From the NCBI GenBank assembly GCA_963728205.1, contig CAVSIV010000004.1, forward strand, positions 96,001 to 160,000: a DNA stretch of 64,000 bases, in the 5' to 3' direction. The translations under genes were made by a program, and so were the position numbers. The stretch comes from an uncultured Chloroflexia bacterium. Lineage in GTDB: Bacteria; Chloroflexota; Dehalococcoidia; UBA2979. Shown here piece after piece: positions 62,097 through 64,000 of this stretch. The notes below the pieces were generated by a model that saw nothing but the letters and a program-made list of their open reading frames with translations, did not search any database and had not been told where the DNA came from. Each line of letters starts with the position of its first letter. Within the stretch, counting starts at the first letter, position 1.

Positions 62097-62630
62097 CTAC
62101 TCCCCCGGACGCAGCTGGGGCTCGCCCAGCATCAGCTCCATCTCGACGGACGAGCGCCAGCGATCGAACTTGCGCCCGGTCTCGCGCTCCGTGCCCACCA
62201 CCTGGTACCCCAGCGCGCGGTGTAGCTCGATGCTCGCTACGTTCTCGGCGTCGATGAACGCCACGATCGCGTGCAGCCCCAGCCCACCCCCGAGCGCCAC
62301 GAGGTGCTCGAGCAGCGCTCGTCCCACGCCGCGGCGCTGGTGCGCGGGGTCCACGAACACCGTGTTCTCGCGCGTGAACCGATAGCCGCGGCGGCCCCGG
62401 TACTTCGTGAGATACCCGAACCCGATGACCTCGCCGCCGGCGTGCGCGGCAATCACGGGCTCCTCATGATCGCGATCGCGCGCGCGGAACCAGGCGATGC
62501 GCTGCTCGAGCGGCCACGGGTCGAGCTCCCAGGTCGCGAACCCTTCCTCGACCTCGCGGTTGTAGATGCGGTTGATCGCGGGGAGGTCCGCCTCCGTTGC
62601 CGGCCAGACCTCGACATCGCTGCGATCCAT
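62097..62630 (-). CDS. GNAT acetyltransferase (phosphinothricin/MSX acetyltransferase-like)
   Basis: I.RIYN, E..VFV....RRGVG, N..SI.LH..LGY and GRKFDRW motifs. Confidence 0.88.
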   Translation of the reverse strand: MDRSDVEVWPATEADLPAINRIYNREVEEGFATWELDPWPLEQRIAWFRARDRDHEEPVIAAHAGGEVIGFGYLTKYRGRRGYRFTRENTVFVDPAHQRRGVGRALLEHLVALGGGLGLHAIVAFIDAENVASIELHRALGYQVVGTERETGRKFDRWRSSVEMELMLGEPQLRPGE

Positions 62631-62777
62631 GCAGGCCTCCCTGCCGGGGCCGTCGGCGCCTGAGGGCCGAAGATGGGCGATTCTACCCGGGGCCGCGTGA
62701 ACGCGTACATCGATGCGGATGATTGCACCCCGACCCTTCGATATACTCCGCCCCTCGCACCGAAGGGACGGGCCACG

Positions 62778-62876
62778 ATGACGACACTGCCGATCCGGCA
62801 CGCGGGAGCCGCGCTCGAGGCGTGCTCGCGCCGTCGTCGCGGCCAGCGCACGCCCCGCGGGTGCGCCCGGGCGTAA
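62778..62876 (+). CDS. Candidate Arg-rich leader peptide (32 aa) upstream of argJ
   Basis: MTTLPIRHAGAALEACSRRRRGQRTPRGCARA*; SD-like GAAGGGA; TATACT upstream; ends 11 nt before argJ. Confidence 0.35.
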   Translation: MTTLPIRHAGAALEACSRRRRGQRTPRGCARA

Positions 62877-62887
62877 CGGCCACCCCC

Positions 62888-64000
62888 ATGGCAGAACTCG
62901 ACTGGATCGAAGACGGCGGCATCACCACGCCCGCCGGGTTCGTCGCGGGCGGCATCTACACCGGGGTGAAGCGCTACGGCGACGAGCCGCGGCTCGACCT
63001 CGGAGTGCTGGCGTGGGGCCGGCCGGCACCCGTCGCCGGCGTCTTCACGACGAACGCGGTCGTCGGCGAGTCCGTGACGTGGAATCGCGCGATCGTCGGG
63101 CCGGGACGGCCCGCCGGCGCGCTCGTCTGCAACTCCGGCAACGCGAACACCGTCACCGGCGACCAGGGCACGCGGGACTGCCGCCGCATGGCCGAGCTCA
63201 CGGCGTCGAAGCTCGGACTGCAGCCCGAGGAGGTGCTCGTCGGCTCCACCGGCGTGATCGGCCGGCTGCTCCCGATGGACCTGATCGAGGCCGGCATCCG
63301 CGGCGTGGAGCTGTCGGAGGACGGCGGCACGGCCTTCGCCCGCGCGATTATGACCACCGACACGCACCCGAAGCAGGTCGCCGCGCGCGTGAAGATCGGC
63401 GGGCAGACGTACACGATCGGCGGCTGCGCCAAGGGATCGGGGATGATCCACCCGAACATGGCGACGATGTTCGCGTTCCTCACGACGGACGCCCCGGCCG
63501 CGCCGGCCTGGCTGCAGACCACGCTGCGCGCGGTGGCCGATCGCACCTTCAACATGATCGACATCGACCAGGACACGTCGACCAGCGACACCGGCCTGCT
63601 GATCGCGAGCGGCGCCGCCGGGGGGCAGCCGTTCGACGGCGCGCATCCCCACGAGGCGGAGCTCGCCGAGGCGATCGAGGCGGTGGCGCGCCGCCTGGCG
63701 CGCGCCGTCGCGCGCGACGGCGAGGGCGCGCGGGCGCTGATCGAGGCGGTCGCGGAGGGCGCGGCGAACGTGGAGGACGCGCGGCGCGCCGCGCGCACGA
63801 TCGTGGCCTCGCCGCTGGTGAAGACGATGGTCGTCGGACGCGACCCGAACTGGGGGCGCGTGATGATGGCGGCCGGCCGCTCCGGCGCGAAGGTCGATCA
63901 GCGCCGGGCGAGCGTGTGGATCGGCGAGCACCGCGTGCTCGACGCCGGCACGCCGACGGCCGTCGATCTCGCGCTGGTGTCGAAGGCGATGGACTCCGAG
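62888..64000 (+). CDS. argJ: Bifunctional ornithine acetyltransferase ArgJ (runs off window end; absent from the ORF track)
   Basis: My translation: MAELDWIEDGGITTPAGF..., NSGNAN, STGVIG, IMTTDT, AKGSGMIHPNMATM, DGEGA, SPLVKT, DPNWGR. Confidence 0.93.
   Translation, partial: MAELDWIEDGGITTPAGFVAGGIYTGVKRYGDEPRLDLGVLAWGRPAPVAGVFTTNAVVGESVTWNRAIVGPGRPAGALVCNSGNANTVTGDQGTRDCRRMAELTASKLGLQPEEVLVGSTGVIGRLLPMDLIEAGIRGVELSEDGGTAFARAIMTTDTHPKQVAARVKIGGQTYTIGGCAKGSGMIHPNMATMFAFLTTDAPAAPAWLQTTLRAVADRTFNMIDIDQDTSTSDTGLLIASGAAGGQPFDGAHPHEAELAEAIEAVARRLARAVARDGEGARALIEAVAEGAANVEDARRAARTIVASPLVKTMVVGRDPNWGRVMMAAGRSGAKVDQRRASVWIGEHRVLDAGTPTAVDLALVSKAMDSE

Noticed and set aside
62696-62728. ARG-box-like sequence upstream of argJ (TGCGGATGATTGCA)
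   Set aside because: Only a partial match to TGCAT-N4-ATGCA and no clear tandem second box.

Overview
High-GC (~70%+ by eye) bacterial chromosomal segment, most consistent with aerobic Chloroflexota of the Dehalococcoidia/Tepidiforma type. That taxonomy is inferred from gene content and from the Tat-lipoprotein solute-binding proteins. It carries mostly housekeeping and metabolic genes: glcDEF, a complete sufR-C-B-D-Rieske-S-U-T operon, a MaoC/B12-mutase/PhaB cluster, a sugar ABC transporter, ald, a gltD-like gene, sigK/rskA, yitJ, a second sufR-iscA plus iscS locus, a lone nuoB, sodN-sodX, tandem HDOD genes, CIRCE-controlled groEL, selD-lppX-MFS, an Xre/RES toxin-antitoxin pair, nth and argJ. 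The best-supported unusual signals are: (1) a complete IS110 element whose non-coding left end contains readable bridge-RNA guide segments matching its own circle junction and insertion site, with a promoter that forms only on circularisation; (2) a selenocysteine (UGA) SelD with a SECIS-like hairpin; (3) an acyl-CoA mutase with an altered substrate pocket flanked by ethylmalonyl-CoA-pathway-type genes; (4) a possible Arg-rich leader peptide before argJ; (5) a Rieske-like protein lacking its cluster ligands; (6) pervasive leaderless-gene promoters. About 11 apparent +1 frameshifts in otherwise intact genes look like sequencing insertion errors rather than pseudogenes.
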